A program made the position numbers and the translations under genes. 64,000 nucleotides of DNA from Nitrososphaerales archaeon (lineage in GTDB: Archaea; Thermoproteota; Nitrososphaeria; Nitrososphaerales; UBA213), in assembly GCA_965197925.1 (NCBI GenBank), contig CBDAOC010000014.1, positions 10,697 through 74,696 of the forward strand. The letters are read 5' to 3'. Every line of letters starts with the position of its first letter. The stretch's first letter is position 1. Positions 50,956-59,359 of this stretch are shown one piece after another. Below the pieces are notes generated by a model, which ran no database searches, was not told the DNA's origin, and saw only the letters and a program-made list of their open reading frames with translations.

Positions 50956-51124
50956 GAACTAATTTAGACGCGGCGGATTAATTATTAGAAATCGCATTAT
51001 GGATAAAGATCGCGAAGATCTCATAATAATCGGATGCGGATAGTCGGATACTGGAGTCGGATATTTGGCAAAAGGTATGATAGCAAAGGCAGATTTCAGC
51101 TGTAAAGCTACCTTTGCTCGTCTT

Positions 51125-51780
51125 TTTCGGCCCATACGGGCCGCCAAAAGCGGTGCTGACGGTGCTGACGGGAGCGGACAAAATTTGTGTCAGCACCGTC
51201 AAGTCAATGGCCACAAGGCTCCCACTTAACGATGCTGACACTTTTAAGATATTTTAAACTATGTTAAGTTAAGTAAATACTCATTAAGTATTTTGGAATA
51301 AAACACTTATCATAGAATAATATATCTTTACAACTCACTTAACGGATGCTAACCTATTTTAGCAAAACACTTATCATAGAATAACAACAATTTGTTGATT
51401 AGTCAACTTATGATAACCGTTGAATTGTTTGTGTAGTAAACAGACGATAACCATTGTATGTATTTGTAGTAAAATCCCGTCCAGTAAACATATGATAACC
51501 TATTTCTATTCTGGCACGCCTCAATAAAAGATATATTTTATCTTTTATTACTTACTTGATAAATATGTTTATTTATGGTATAATATGATTAGTAGGTTTG
51601 ATTAGGGTTTTGGGTGTCATAATGTCGGATGCGCGTCACGCGTCAACAGCGCTTCACGGATGCACGGCCCCATTGACGCGGCGGTGTCTATGCACGGCCC
51701 CATTGAGTTTGTAAATCCGACCTGCGGCCCCATTGGTGTGGCGGTGCTGACAACGGTGCTGACAACGGTGCTGACGTTAG
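51125..51780. repeat. iteron cluster B flanking an AT-rich core, putative replication origin
   Basis: TGCTGAC repeats (12 bp period GGTGCTGACAAC), GGCCCCATTG x3, AT-rich 51240-51610 with AAAACACTTATCATAGAATAA x2. Confidence 0.7.
51556..51584 (+). promoter_or_regulatory. sigma70-type promoter
   Basis: TTGATA-N17-TATAAT with extended -10 TG. Confidence 0.6.
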
Positions 51781-51860
51781 CATAGAATAAGTATTTTATG
51801 CTAACTATATTGAGAGTATGAAACTTATGATATAATAACCTATAGGAGATAATAGCAGTT

Positions 51861-52109
51861 ATGAAAGAGCAAAACGAGCGCAGATCAGAGGATATAAGCA
51901 TTAGGTTAGTCCAAGACCTTGTAAACTATGGTCATATGGAAATACAAGATGACTTGTCCATCTTATGGATTGGCGAGATTTGGCTTCCTTCAATAGGATG
52001 CCTTGATGTTATTGAGAGAATGAAGAATGGAGAGAACTTTGAGAGAAAGAACTTTAGTATTAGAATGTATGCTGATGACATATATTCAATTGATATATTA
52101 AATCTATAA
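51861..52109 (+). CDS. hypothetical early protein
   Basis: AGGAG RBS. Confidence 0.65.
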   Translation: MKEQNERRSEDISIRLVQDLVNYGHMEIQDDLSILWIGEIWLPSIGCLDVIERMKNGENFERKNFSIRMYADDIYSIDILNL

Positions 52110-52120
52110 GGAGACATATA

Positions 52121-52396
52121 ATGCAAGGTATCATTGAACGAGGTGAAAATGGAGATTTCAGGCTTGATGTGGTCAAAGATGAGCATATTGTCAGATCATA
52201 CAGAATTGTTGGAAGCTCTATAGACAAAAATGTTAAGATGATGGTTGGTAGATATGATGGCAATTTGGAAGTCGGTGAAGAATATAAAGAGCGAGTATTG
52301 GCAACTGGGACACATAGAGAAATGTATTACAAAATGCTAAGTATAGCAGCAGATGCTAACACAAGCATGGGTGTTATTGATATATTAAATCTATAA
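52121..52396 (+). CDS. hypothetical early protein
   Basis: AAGGAG RBS. Confidence 0.65.
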   Translation: MQGIIERGENGDFRLDVVKDEHIVRSYRIVGSSIDKNVKMMVGRYDGNLEVGEEYKERVLATGTHREMYYKMLSIAADANTSMGVIDILNL

Positions 52397-52506
52397 CATG
52401 ACAAGATGACTCTTCGGAGTCATCGGAGTATATTAAATGGGCTTATTAACAGAGGTTATACTAAACTAAGCAGCCTCATTCATGTATCAACAAGGAGATA
52501 TAGAAT

Positions 52507-52878
52507 ATGTTAGAAAAGCAACAACTGAAACACTTGATGGACACAGGATACAAAGTCCAGCAAGTCAACTTATATTTCACTGCTGATCCAGTCCCTGATA
52601 AGACTAAGATAGCAGCAGATATTAAGTCTTGGCGGATAACGATGCATATCTCATCCTTCAATGACTATTCAGCAATGGCGAATCATCTTGAAAGATTAGT
52701 TGAAAGCTATTTAGATGCTAATCTTTACATAACTGATGTTAAAGCAGTTCGTATCGGTTTGATATGGGAAAGAAAAGAAGAATATGGAACATCAGTTGAG
52801 TTCTGTGATTGTATCGTCCGTTCATCTTCGGAAATGTCCGAAGTATCAGATCAAATCATTAACCTTAGTTGGTTATAG
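52507..52878 (+). CDS. hypothetical early protein
   Basis: AAGGAG RBS. Confidence 0.65.
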   Translation: MLEKQQLKHLMDTGYKVQQVNLYFTADPVPDKTKIAADIKSWRITMHISSFNDYSAMANHLERLVESYLDANLYITDVKAVRIGLIWERKEEYGTSVEFCDCIVRSSSEMSEVSDQIINLSWL

Positions 52879-52923
52879 GTAAGATCAATCCACCTGTATT
52901 CAGGTGTCAAGGAGTATTAAAAT

Positions 52924-53091
52924 ATGTTAGATCAAGCTACGTTAGACCTGATGGAAAAGAACTTTGGCGCGAATGAAACTAAGATGTCTCAAGACAGATT
53001 TCGTAGATCTGATATTGATGAGAAAATGCGTATTAAGCGCAAGAACAACCGCAAGCAAGCTAAAAATGCTCGCAGACGTAATAGGAGATAG
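52924..53091 (+). CDS. small Arg-rich protein (55 aa, not in ORF track)
   Basis: AAGGAG RBS; ends KRKNNRKQAKNARRRNRR. Confidence 0.65.
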   Translation: MLDQATLDLMEKNFGANETKMSQDRFRRSDIDEKMRIKRKNNRKQAKNARRRNRR

Positions 53092-53096
53092 TAACT

Positions 53097-53399
53097 ATGG
53101 AAACTCGCAAGTATATCCTAACAGTAAAATGTAAGGATGAAGAACATGCTGACTGTAACTTCAACGACTTAGAAGAACTGCTTACTGACCTTCGTGACGA
53201 ACACAAAGTCATTGAGGGATATAAGCTTGAGATAGTTGAAGAGGAAGAGGAAACTATGTATTGCACAATGACTTATGAAGAACAAGAGCATTATGGGCAA
53301 TGCGTGGATCCTCAATGTCCATACTATCAGAATATGAGTGAAGAAAAGAGAGTTAATGCTATTAGAATGGGTATGATGAGTAACTCTAACATTCAATAA
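53097..53399 (+). CDS. hypothetical early protein
   Basis: AGGAG RBS. Confidence 0.65.
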   Translation: METRKYILTVKCKDEEHADCNFNDLEELLTDLRDEHKVIEGYKLEIVEEEEETMYCTMTYEEQEHYGQCVDPQCPYYQNMSEEKRVNAIRMGMMSNSNIQ

Positions 53400-53426
53400 C
53401 TAAGCAACTCACATATAGGAGATATA

Positions 53427-53714
53427 ATGCCAAGATCAACTTACGAAGTAACTCAAGATTTGATTGATAACCCTAAAGTTGAACCTCATATTGGTTGTGA
53501 TTGTTTTCTACATCATACACTGAAACCTCACTTTGGTGACGATGTAGTTTTTGGATTTGAAATTGCTAATATCAATGATTACGAATTTAAAGTTCTCAAA
53601 AACCTTAGGTTGTGGCAGATCAGAGCATTTCAATATGAGCCAATAGAACCTATCACTATATTTGTTGATACAGATGATCACACTATAGGTATAATAGGAG
53701 AAGACGATGCCTAA
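53427..53714 (+). CDS. hypothetical early protein
   Basis: AGGAG RBS. Confidence 0.65.
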   Translation: MPRSTYEVTQDLIDNPKVEPHIGCDCFLHHTLKPHFGDDVVFGFEIANINDYEFKVLKNLRLWQIRAFQYEPIEPITIFVDTDDHTIGIIGEDDA

Positions 53715-54000
53715 AGCAGCTTTTTCAAACTATCAAACAGCCCCTGCTTATGAAAACATTGATATTGATGAGATGGTAATCCACGTTATAGCTCCTCAAG
53801 AATGTGATAATCCAATTGTATACAATATAATCTCTAAAGAAGAGTTTATATCTGTTCAAGAAGAAGATTATCATGTGGATCTCATCATAATATCGTTTAC
53901 ATCCATAGATCACGGAGGGTCATCTTGGTTGTATTACAATCATTTTGAGAGCTGGAAAGACTTTATAGAGTTTTCTAAAACTGTAAAGTTTGGTATGTAA
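53707..54000 (+). CDS. hypothetical early protein
   Basis: AGGAG RBS. Confidence 0.65.
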   Translation: MPKAAFSNYQTAPAYENIDIDEMVIHVIAPQECDNPIVYNIISKEEFISVQEEDYHVDLIIISFTSIDHGGSSWLYYNHFESWKDFIEFSKTVKFGM

Positions 54001-54004
54001 ACTA

Positions 54005-54070
54005 AGCAACACGAAAGACCTGATGCTCAATCAGGTCTCGGAGGCATAGCCTTCCTGATGAGTAGTTGCT
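54005..54070 (+). ncRNA. type II hammerhead ribozyme
   Basis: AGCAACAC-GAAA-GACCUGAU/AUCAGGUC-UC-GGAGGC/GCCUUC-CUGAUGA-GUAGUUGCU; predicted cleavage after C54039. Confidence 0.9.
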
Positions 54071-54140
54071 AAAACGTGAATACACGTTATCTTTTCATTA
54101 GCTGAAATAACTTTGACATATAGAATAGGAGAATTATCTA

Positions 54141-54554
54141 ATGAGTGAACAGACTAATCCCGCTCCGAGTAATTTTCATATTGATGAGTATGCTACATGG
54201 ATAAAAGAGTGTAAAAAGACTTTCCACAAGCAAGTTAGAAGCAATGCTCGTGGAAGAGGTGAGAAGGTATTCAAATCCTTTCACGGATTTGATGAAGACG
54301 GAAATTCCGAATTTGCTTACTTTCACCTTGAGAAGTGTAGTCCAACTCACTATAACATTCTTATATCAGCACCTTATCTCAATGACGATATAGATTTAAC
54401 CAGTGTAAACTATACATCAAGAGGATTCACATATATTGCAGCTCTTGAAAAAGGTTTACGGTGGGACGGTGGCAGAATAAGGCATAAGATTGAAATGGCG
54501 ATCACTGGTGGCGATAGAGATGATGTAGATATGTTTGAGGAGGACAGTGTATAA
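54141..54554 (+). CDS. hypothetical early protein
   Basis: AGGAG RBS. Confidence 0.65.
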   Translation: MSEQTNPAPSNFHIDEYATWIKECKKTFHKQVRSNARGRGEKVFKSFHGFDEDGNSEFAYFHLEKCSPTHYNILISAPYLNDDIDLTSVNYTSRGFTYIAALEKGLRWDGGRIRHKIEMAITGGDRDDVDMFEEDSV

Positions 54555-54892
54555 TGTATTTAGAATGGAGTAAGGAAACTAATCAATTATGGATCAACGG
54601 AGTCCATCATGGGCCTCTGCATGTAGTTAGAGTTGACCACGATAATCAACTTCTTATTCTTAAAGCAGATGGTTATCAAGTAGATGGATACTATATGACA
54701 ACTGAGTTTCAAGTATGGAAGATCAGTCAGTTTGTCGTAAACGAGAATTTCATTAACATGCAAGGCGATCAGCTTATTATCTTTCCTTCAAGAAGTATGA
54801 CTTATTGTAATGCTTCTAATATCATAGAAAACACCAAAGATTATGAAGATTACTTGAAATACTCTCAAATGGAGGTTATAGTCAACGTATAA
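54554..54892 (+). CDS. hypothetical early protein
   Basis: TAATG coupling. Confidence 0.65.
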   Translation: MYLEWSKETNQLWINGVHHGPLHVVRVDHDNQLLILKADGYQVDGYYMTTEFQVWKISQFVVNENFINMQGDQLIIFPSRSMTYCNASNIIENTKDYEDYLKYSQMEVIVNV

Positions 54893-54946
54893 ATAACAAA
54901 GCCCCACTCAACGACAACCTGTATGCAGGTTTTCCATAAGTGGGGC

Positions 54947-55991
54947 TGGGCGAGAGGCAGGGAAGCGAAGATGAGGGACTCGCCAACGAAGCCCCCTCAG
55001 AACAGAGTGATGCACACTCAGAAACTCGCAGACTTCTTGGATTGGGAGATGATGATATGTCTGAATTAGAAAAGTATCAAGACGAATTCCCGTCAACTGT
55101 TGATACGAGTAGAACTCCAGTTGAAGAACAAATTGTTTCATATCTCCAAGATCATCCAATCGGATACGCTTTTTCAAGTGAAATATCCCAAGTTATCCGT
55201 ATACGAGAAGAGGACGCATATGAGATATGTAATGAATTGGTAAGAAACAGAAAGATTAGCTCATTCAACATTATAGTTTCGCTTATTGGTGATATCTACG
55301 CTTGGTATATATCAACTAATCGCCAAATCCCTTTGAATGATGACGGAACTCTCGGTTATGAGGAGTTTCATAATTCAATCGCACAAGCTGTATCTAATCA
55401 AGATGCAGCGGTCGGAAGGCGTGGGGAATGACGAGGCATCCGACAACGAAGCAGCCTCTAAACAGAGTGACGCACACTCACAACAGAGATATCCAACAGC
55501 TGATGAACTTGATCATAAGGTTATTACTCTACTATCAAGAGAATCTGACAGATTAACATTGCAAGACATTTTAGATGAGCTTGATTCTGACGAAGATAGC
55601 ATATCATATTCAATTGATAGAATTAGAGATAGGATAAAGATTGATGTTGCTAATGGAATAACTTTCTACTCAATTCCGAAAGATGAGGATAAACCTATGG
55701 AAAAGACTTCAGGTATCAGTCTTGCTATAATGGAAGTCATTAAGGATTCTGGTCCTCAGACTTTAGATCAGATAATTACAATAGTTCAGGATATCAGTAT
55801 TAATTCACGTCATCAGATACACCAGTCTGTTAACAGATTGCTTGAGTCCAATGATCTGGAAACTGCTGATGGAGCTATCACTATTTATCGTATTCCACAA
55901 GACTCTGATGAAGATCAGAGTCGGGCGAGAGGCAGGGAAGCGAAGATGAGGGACTCGCCAACGAAGCCCCCTCAGAACAGTCTGATGCACA
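54947..55991 (+). repeat. three dispersed ~75 bp GC-rich direct repeats
   Basis: copies at ~54947-55020, ~55409-55480 (diverged), ~55922-55991; core GGGCGAGAGGCAGGGAAGCGAAGATGAGGGACTCGCCAACGAAGCCCCCTCAGAACAG. Confidence 0.8.
55057..55431 (+). CDS. winged-HTH-like protein
   Basis: EQIVSYL...EIS...ICNELVRNRKI; GGAG RBS before ATG 55057. Confidence 0.55.
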   Translation: MSELEKYQDEFPSTVDTSRTPVEEQIVSYLQDHPIGYAFSSEISQVIRIREEDAYEICNELVRNRKISSFNIIVSLIGDIYAWYISTNRQIPLNDDGTLGYEEFHNSIAQAVSNQDAAVGRRGE

Positions 55992-55999
55992 GACATTAA
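55337..55999 (+). CDS. tandem winged-HTH protein (start uncertain)
   Basis: two LTLQDI/QTLDQI-type wHTH units. Confidence 0.6.
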   Translation: MMTELSVMRSFIIQSHKLYLIKMQRSEGVGNDEASDNEAASKQSDAHSQQRYPTADELDHKVITLLSRESDRLTLQDILDELDSDEDSISYSIDRIRDRIKIDVANGITFYSIPKDEDKPMEKTSGISLAIMEVIKDSGPQTLDQIITIVQDISINSRHQIHQSVNRLLESNDLETADGAITIYRIPQDSDEDQSRARGREAKMRDSPTKPPQNSLMHRH

Positions 56000-56010
56000 G
56001 AGATGAGATA

Positions 56011-56430
56011 TTGGATATATTTGAAAACAGATTATCTTATGGTGACAATCTAACTAAAGAACAAGTTAATGGTATGACTTGCATAGTTAGAAATTCAAGA
56101 GATAAAGTTGCAGCAACTTTATCTCTTCTAAGTCTTGACGGTAAAATCGGTTACTATAATGAGAAAGGCACAGCAAAGTATTTTTCTGTTTTAGGATTAG
56201 ACATTGAAGGTATCAAGTCATCTATTCAATCGGCCTTGGGATCTAATCTTGAAGGATTAGAAATTGAAGAGTTACACTCCAAAATGACTCAAAGAAGACC
56301 TCACATCTGTGTTGGGTTAAGAATACTAATCAAGGAGGGAAAGGTGAAAAAAAGAGACGGAATACCTGATTACTATAATCGTGATGTATACTATTTGTCG
56401 CAAGACTCGGATGACTCCGAGTCGGAGTAG
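56011..56430 (+). CDS. winged-HTH-like protein (start uncertain)
   Basis: GLRILIKEGKVKK...VYYL wing; frame is open from 55912. Confidence 0.55.
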   Translation: MDIFENRLSYGDNLTKEQVNGMTCIVRNSRDKVAATLSLLSLDGKIGYYNEKGTAKYFSVLGLDIEGIKSSIQSALGSNLEGLEIEELHSKMTQRRPHICVGLRILIKEGKVKKRDGIPDYYNRDVYYLSQDSDDSESE

Positions 56431-56504
56431 CATTAAAGTGATATGTAGGTTGCTATTCAACGAAGACGCCTACTTACTTATTTGAAATTAAAAGGAGATT
56501 TTAT

Positions 56505-56696
56505 ATGAATTCTTTAGATAGACTTCTTTCAAAGTTTAAAGATGAAGATGATAATGACCGTATATGTGAGCTATCAACTAAAGTTGTAAGTGATAGCATA
56601 GATATCAATAGCCTTTCTGAAGCTGATAGAAACAAAGTTAGGGATGTAATAAGAAAAAGAAAGATAGCTGTTGATCAAGTTATTATGTGGTCTTAA
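56505..56696 (+). CDS. hypothetical protein
   Basis: AAGGAG RBS. Confidence 0.6.
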   Translation: MNSLDRLLSKFKDEDDNDRICELSTKVVSDSIDINSLSEADRNKVRDVIRKRKIAVDQVIMWS

Positions 56697-56706
56697 GGAG
56701 ATTGTT

Positions 56707-57480
56707 ATGCGTTTTAATAAGACTCACCCTCCAAGCCCAGTTGAATCTGAATATGCATACTCTTTTAATCAAGTTGAAGAGAAGTGTATAGAACTTGGGA
56801 TCAATGTTGAAGAGGGTATAAAGGATACTGACTATTATCTTGCTTGTAAGAAGTTACACGGATCAGGTATAAAACCTGGAACTGTTTTTTCTCAGTGGAA
56901 GACATTTGCTGAGTATCTTAAGCACACAACTCGGTCGCCTTGGGGACAGATACAAGAGGCTTACGAGATGTGTCCAGGTATAATTCAAGTCCATACTGCT
57001 GGTCATGGAGGTTTATGGATATCGGATGAGTATAAAGCTAAACTTCCTAAACATCATAGCAGCAAGCGCTGGTATGAGGAAGACGTTGAAGCTTCTGAAT
57101 GCTTACAACATCTCGGTTTATTATCTCTTGTTGATAAAAGAACTATCATAAGAGTTAATGAGCGTGATATTGAAAAAGGAAGATTATCACGTAAAGACCT
57201 TTACAATGATTCAACTTATGGAAATCATAGAGAAGGTTTTTATGGCGGACCTATTGCTGAAGCTTACAAGCGTATATCAAAGGATAAGAATCTTGAAATG
57301 ATATGCTCTGTAAGAATTAATAATGGTAGATATGTTGGAAGACTTTTCCCAAAGCCTGGAGGTTGGCGTATTGCTAAACTACCAGAGACTGCGTGTAAGT
57401 TTATGATTGACTTTGACAATAACATCAAAGTCAATCCTATGATGTTTGTTCTAAAACCGTATAGATATAGGAGTAAGTAA
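56707..57480 (+). CDS. DUF7007-like domain protein
   Basis: SPWG...PGIIQVHTAGHGG...WYEED motif; AAGGAG RBS. Confidence 0.6.
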   Translation: MRFNKTHPPSPVESEYAYSFNQVEEKCIELGINVEEGIKDTDYYLACKKLHGSGIKPGTVFSQWKTFAEYLKHTTRSPWGQIQEAYEMCPGIIQVHTAGHGGLWISDEYKAKLPKHHSSKRWYEEDVEASECLQHLGLLSLVDKRTIIRVNERDIEKGRLSRKDLYNDSTYGNHREGFYGGPIAEAYKRISKDKNLEMICSVRINNGRYVGRLFPKPGGWRIAKLPETACKFMIDFDNNIKVNPMMFVLKPYRYRSK

Positions 57481-57809
57481 TGAATTATGAAATCAAGTTA
57501 GAGAAAACTACTGCTGAATTGTTTGACACCTATAACTCTGAGTATCATAAAGACTGCAAATGTTATCAGGTAACTGGTTTTCCAAAGTCTAATATATTTG
57601 ACTTTGTAGTAGCTAAAGACTTTAATTTTACATCTAAATGGGTTATGTATGAGAAGGGTAGTGGATTGCTGGTTACGAGAACTTCATTTAGAACAAGAAA
57701 GGAAGCTATACTAAAAGGTGTAGAAAGACTTCAATCAGTTTCAGATGAGTATTTAATCAGTTGTCGTAATGATAATCTTTCACGCTATGAAAGATATAGG
57801 AGCAAGTAA
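57480..57809 (+). CDS. hypothetical protein
   Basis: AGGAG RBS, TAATG coupling. Confidence 0.65.
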   Translation: MNYEIKLEKTTAELFDTYNSEYHKDCKCYQVTGFPKSNIFDFVVAKDFNFTSKWVMYEKGSGLLVTRTSFRTRKEAILKGVERLQSVSDEYLISCRNDNLSRYERYRSK

Positions 57810-58060
57810 TGACTTCTGACGAGCAGAAAATCAAGAATATCCTCAAGGTTATTAAGTCTGTTGAATATAAGCTAAGCACTGACAATATGCTTATGGGAGT
57901 TTTGTATGACGAGAGAAAAGGAGAGATTATATTTGAATATCATTCTGGTGAAGATGTAAAAGTTGCTATCCCTAAAGATAGCAAGTGGAAAAGAAACTTT
58001 ATGACTGTTATCAAGATTTATAGGCGTATTAAGAGTTTGTTCAATAATAGGAGATCGTAA
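57809..58060 (+). CDS. hypothetical protein
   Basis: AGGAG RBS, TAATG coupling. Confidence 0.65.
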   Translation: MTSDEQKIKNILKVIKSVEYKLSTDNMLMGVLYDERKGEIIFEYHSGEDVKVAIPKDSKWKRNFMTVIKIYRRIKSLFNNRRS

Positions 58061-58314
58061 TGCATGTAGCAAAGTTTACTTACGAAAGAAGCTATGATAA
58101 CACAGACACTCGTGCAGGAGTGCTTACATTAACTCATATCAATGATGGAAAAGTCGTTGAGATATGGACTATGTGGAATGTTGGAGCTGATGGCTTTAGG
58201 ATAGAGAACGAGCTATCTGGAGGGGTTGTCTTTAAAGCTGGCTACGGAATGCATGACTTATGCTGGGGTTGGCTTATCAATAAGGCTGTTGAGATAGAAG
58301 AATTGAATGACTAA
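58060..58314 (+). CDS. hypothetical protein
   Basis: AGGAG RBS, TAATG coupling. Confidence 0.65.
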   Translation: MHVAKFTYERSYDNTDTRAGVLTLTHINDGKVVEIWTMWNVGADGFRIENELSGGVVFKAGYGMHDLCWGWLINKAVEIEELND

Positions 58315-58376
58315 GCAACACGAAACACCTGCTCATAAAGCAGGTGTCGGCTAACGCCCTGATGAGTAGTTGCTTA
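58312..58376 (+). ncRNA. type II hammerhead ribozyme
   Basis: UAAGCAACAC-GAAA-CACCUGCU/AGCAGGUG-UC-GGC/GCC-CUGAUGA-GUAGUUGCUUA; predicted cleavage after GUC at C58348. Confidence 0.9.
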
Positions 58377-58399
58377 TCAGTTAATATAAGGAGAAAGCT

Positions 58400-58624
58400 A
58401 TGAGTAAAATAGTTTATGACAAGTCAAGTGATGTATACAAGAAGTGGCTGCGGATAACTGCAAAGAATGTTTTATCTACTTGCGGTTATGGTAGTGCTAC
58501 TATGAAACAGGTTAATAGAGTAGTTAAGCACTACAAACCTGAAGTTCAAAAGGATATATCTAAGACTTGTCGTGTGATGCTAATGAGAGCTAAAAAAAGG
58601 AGAAAAAATGGGGAAAAGAGTTGA
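58400..58624 (+). CDS. small basic protein
   Basis: AAGGAG RBS. Confidence 0.6.
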   Translation: MSKIVYDKSSDVYKKWLRITAKNVLSTCGYGSATMKQVNRVVKHYKPEVQKDISKTCRVMLMRAKKRRKNGEKS

Positions 58625-58955
58625 GTTTTATAGGAGTTCAGATACAAATCTTCCATGCGTAAGATTTTATGATAATGATAAGTGCAATTCTTTGTATCGT
58701 GTTGAGCAAATAGTTGATAATCCTGAAAAGCGGATGTCATCTAAAAAAGATGACTTTCACATACAAGGGTATGAAGTATCTCATCACTATACAGAAGAAA
58801 AAGGTAATTGGTTAGAATACAAGAAGTTTGGGACTCCATACATAGCTCCATATCCTATTTGTCATATTTATCTTGTAGACCTTGCTATAAATATGACTGG
58901 GAATAAACAGTTTATATCTGTCTCTCAAGAATGTGATGGAGAATTTGTTGATTAG
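58608..58955 (+). CDS. hypothetical protein
   Basis: AAGGAG RBS. Confidence 0.6.
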   Translation: MGKRVEFYRSSDTNLPCVRFYDNDKCNSLYRVEQIVDNPEKRMSSKKDDFHIQGYEVSHHYTEEKGNWLEYKKFGTPYIAPYPICHIYLVDLAINMTGNKQFISVSQECDGEFVD

Positions 58956-58989
58956 TTTGCTATAACTTCGGCCCAAACGGGCCGCATGT

Positions 58990-59018
58990 TTGCATTTAAC
59001 CGTGTTTTGTGGTATAAT
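58990..59018 (+). promoter_or_regulatory. sigma70-type promoter
   Basis: TTGCAT-N17-TATAAT with TG; palindrome at 58970-58983 just upstream. Confidence 0.65.
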
Positions 59019-59026
59019 AATTAATA

Positions 59027-59359
59027 ATGTTTCAAAAATGGAGGATTGAATTGGAAAATTACCTCAAGATGGAGCTTGCTAACGGCAAGATTCACACTCC
59101 TCACTATCTTCACCCAGCATTACCAGAGACTCTCAAGCTAACTCGTGGACGTATTATGTATATGCGTGACCAGATTAAGTCTTGGGACGATATAAAAGAG
59201 TGTGCAACTTACGCAGCTAAGCGAATGATTAGAAGAAAAACTGCTATGACAGAGAAACAGCTCGTTGACTACACTATGGGTGTTTTGAGAGCTGAAAGCA
59301 TAGCACTAAAGGCGGTGAATCAATGTTTGAGCCTCGTAGTTTCTACAACGAATGGATAG
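59027..59359 (+). CDS. hypothetical protein
   Basis: ORF; true start may be TTG 59051 after GGAGG. Confidence 0.6.
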   Translation: MFQKWRIELENYLKMELANGKIHTPHYLHPALPETLKLTRGRIMYMRDQIKSWDDIKECATYAAKRMIRRKTAMTEKQLVDYTMGVLRAESIALKAVNQCLSLVVSTTNG

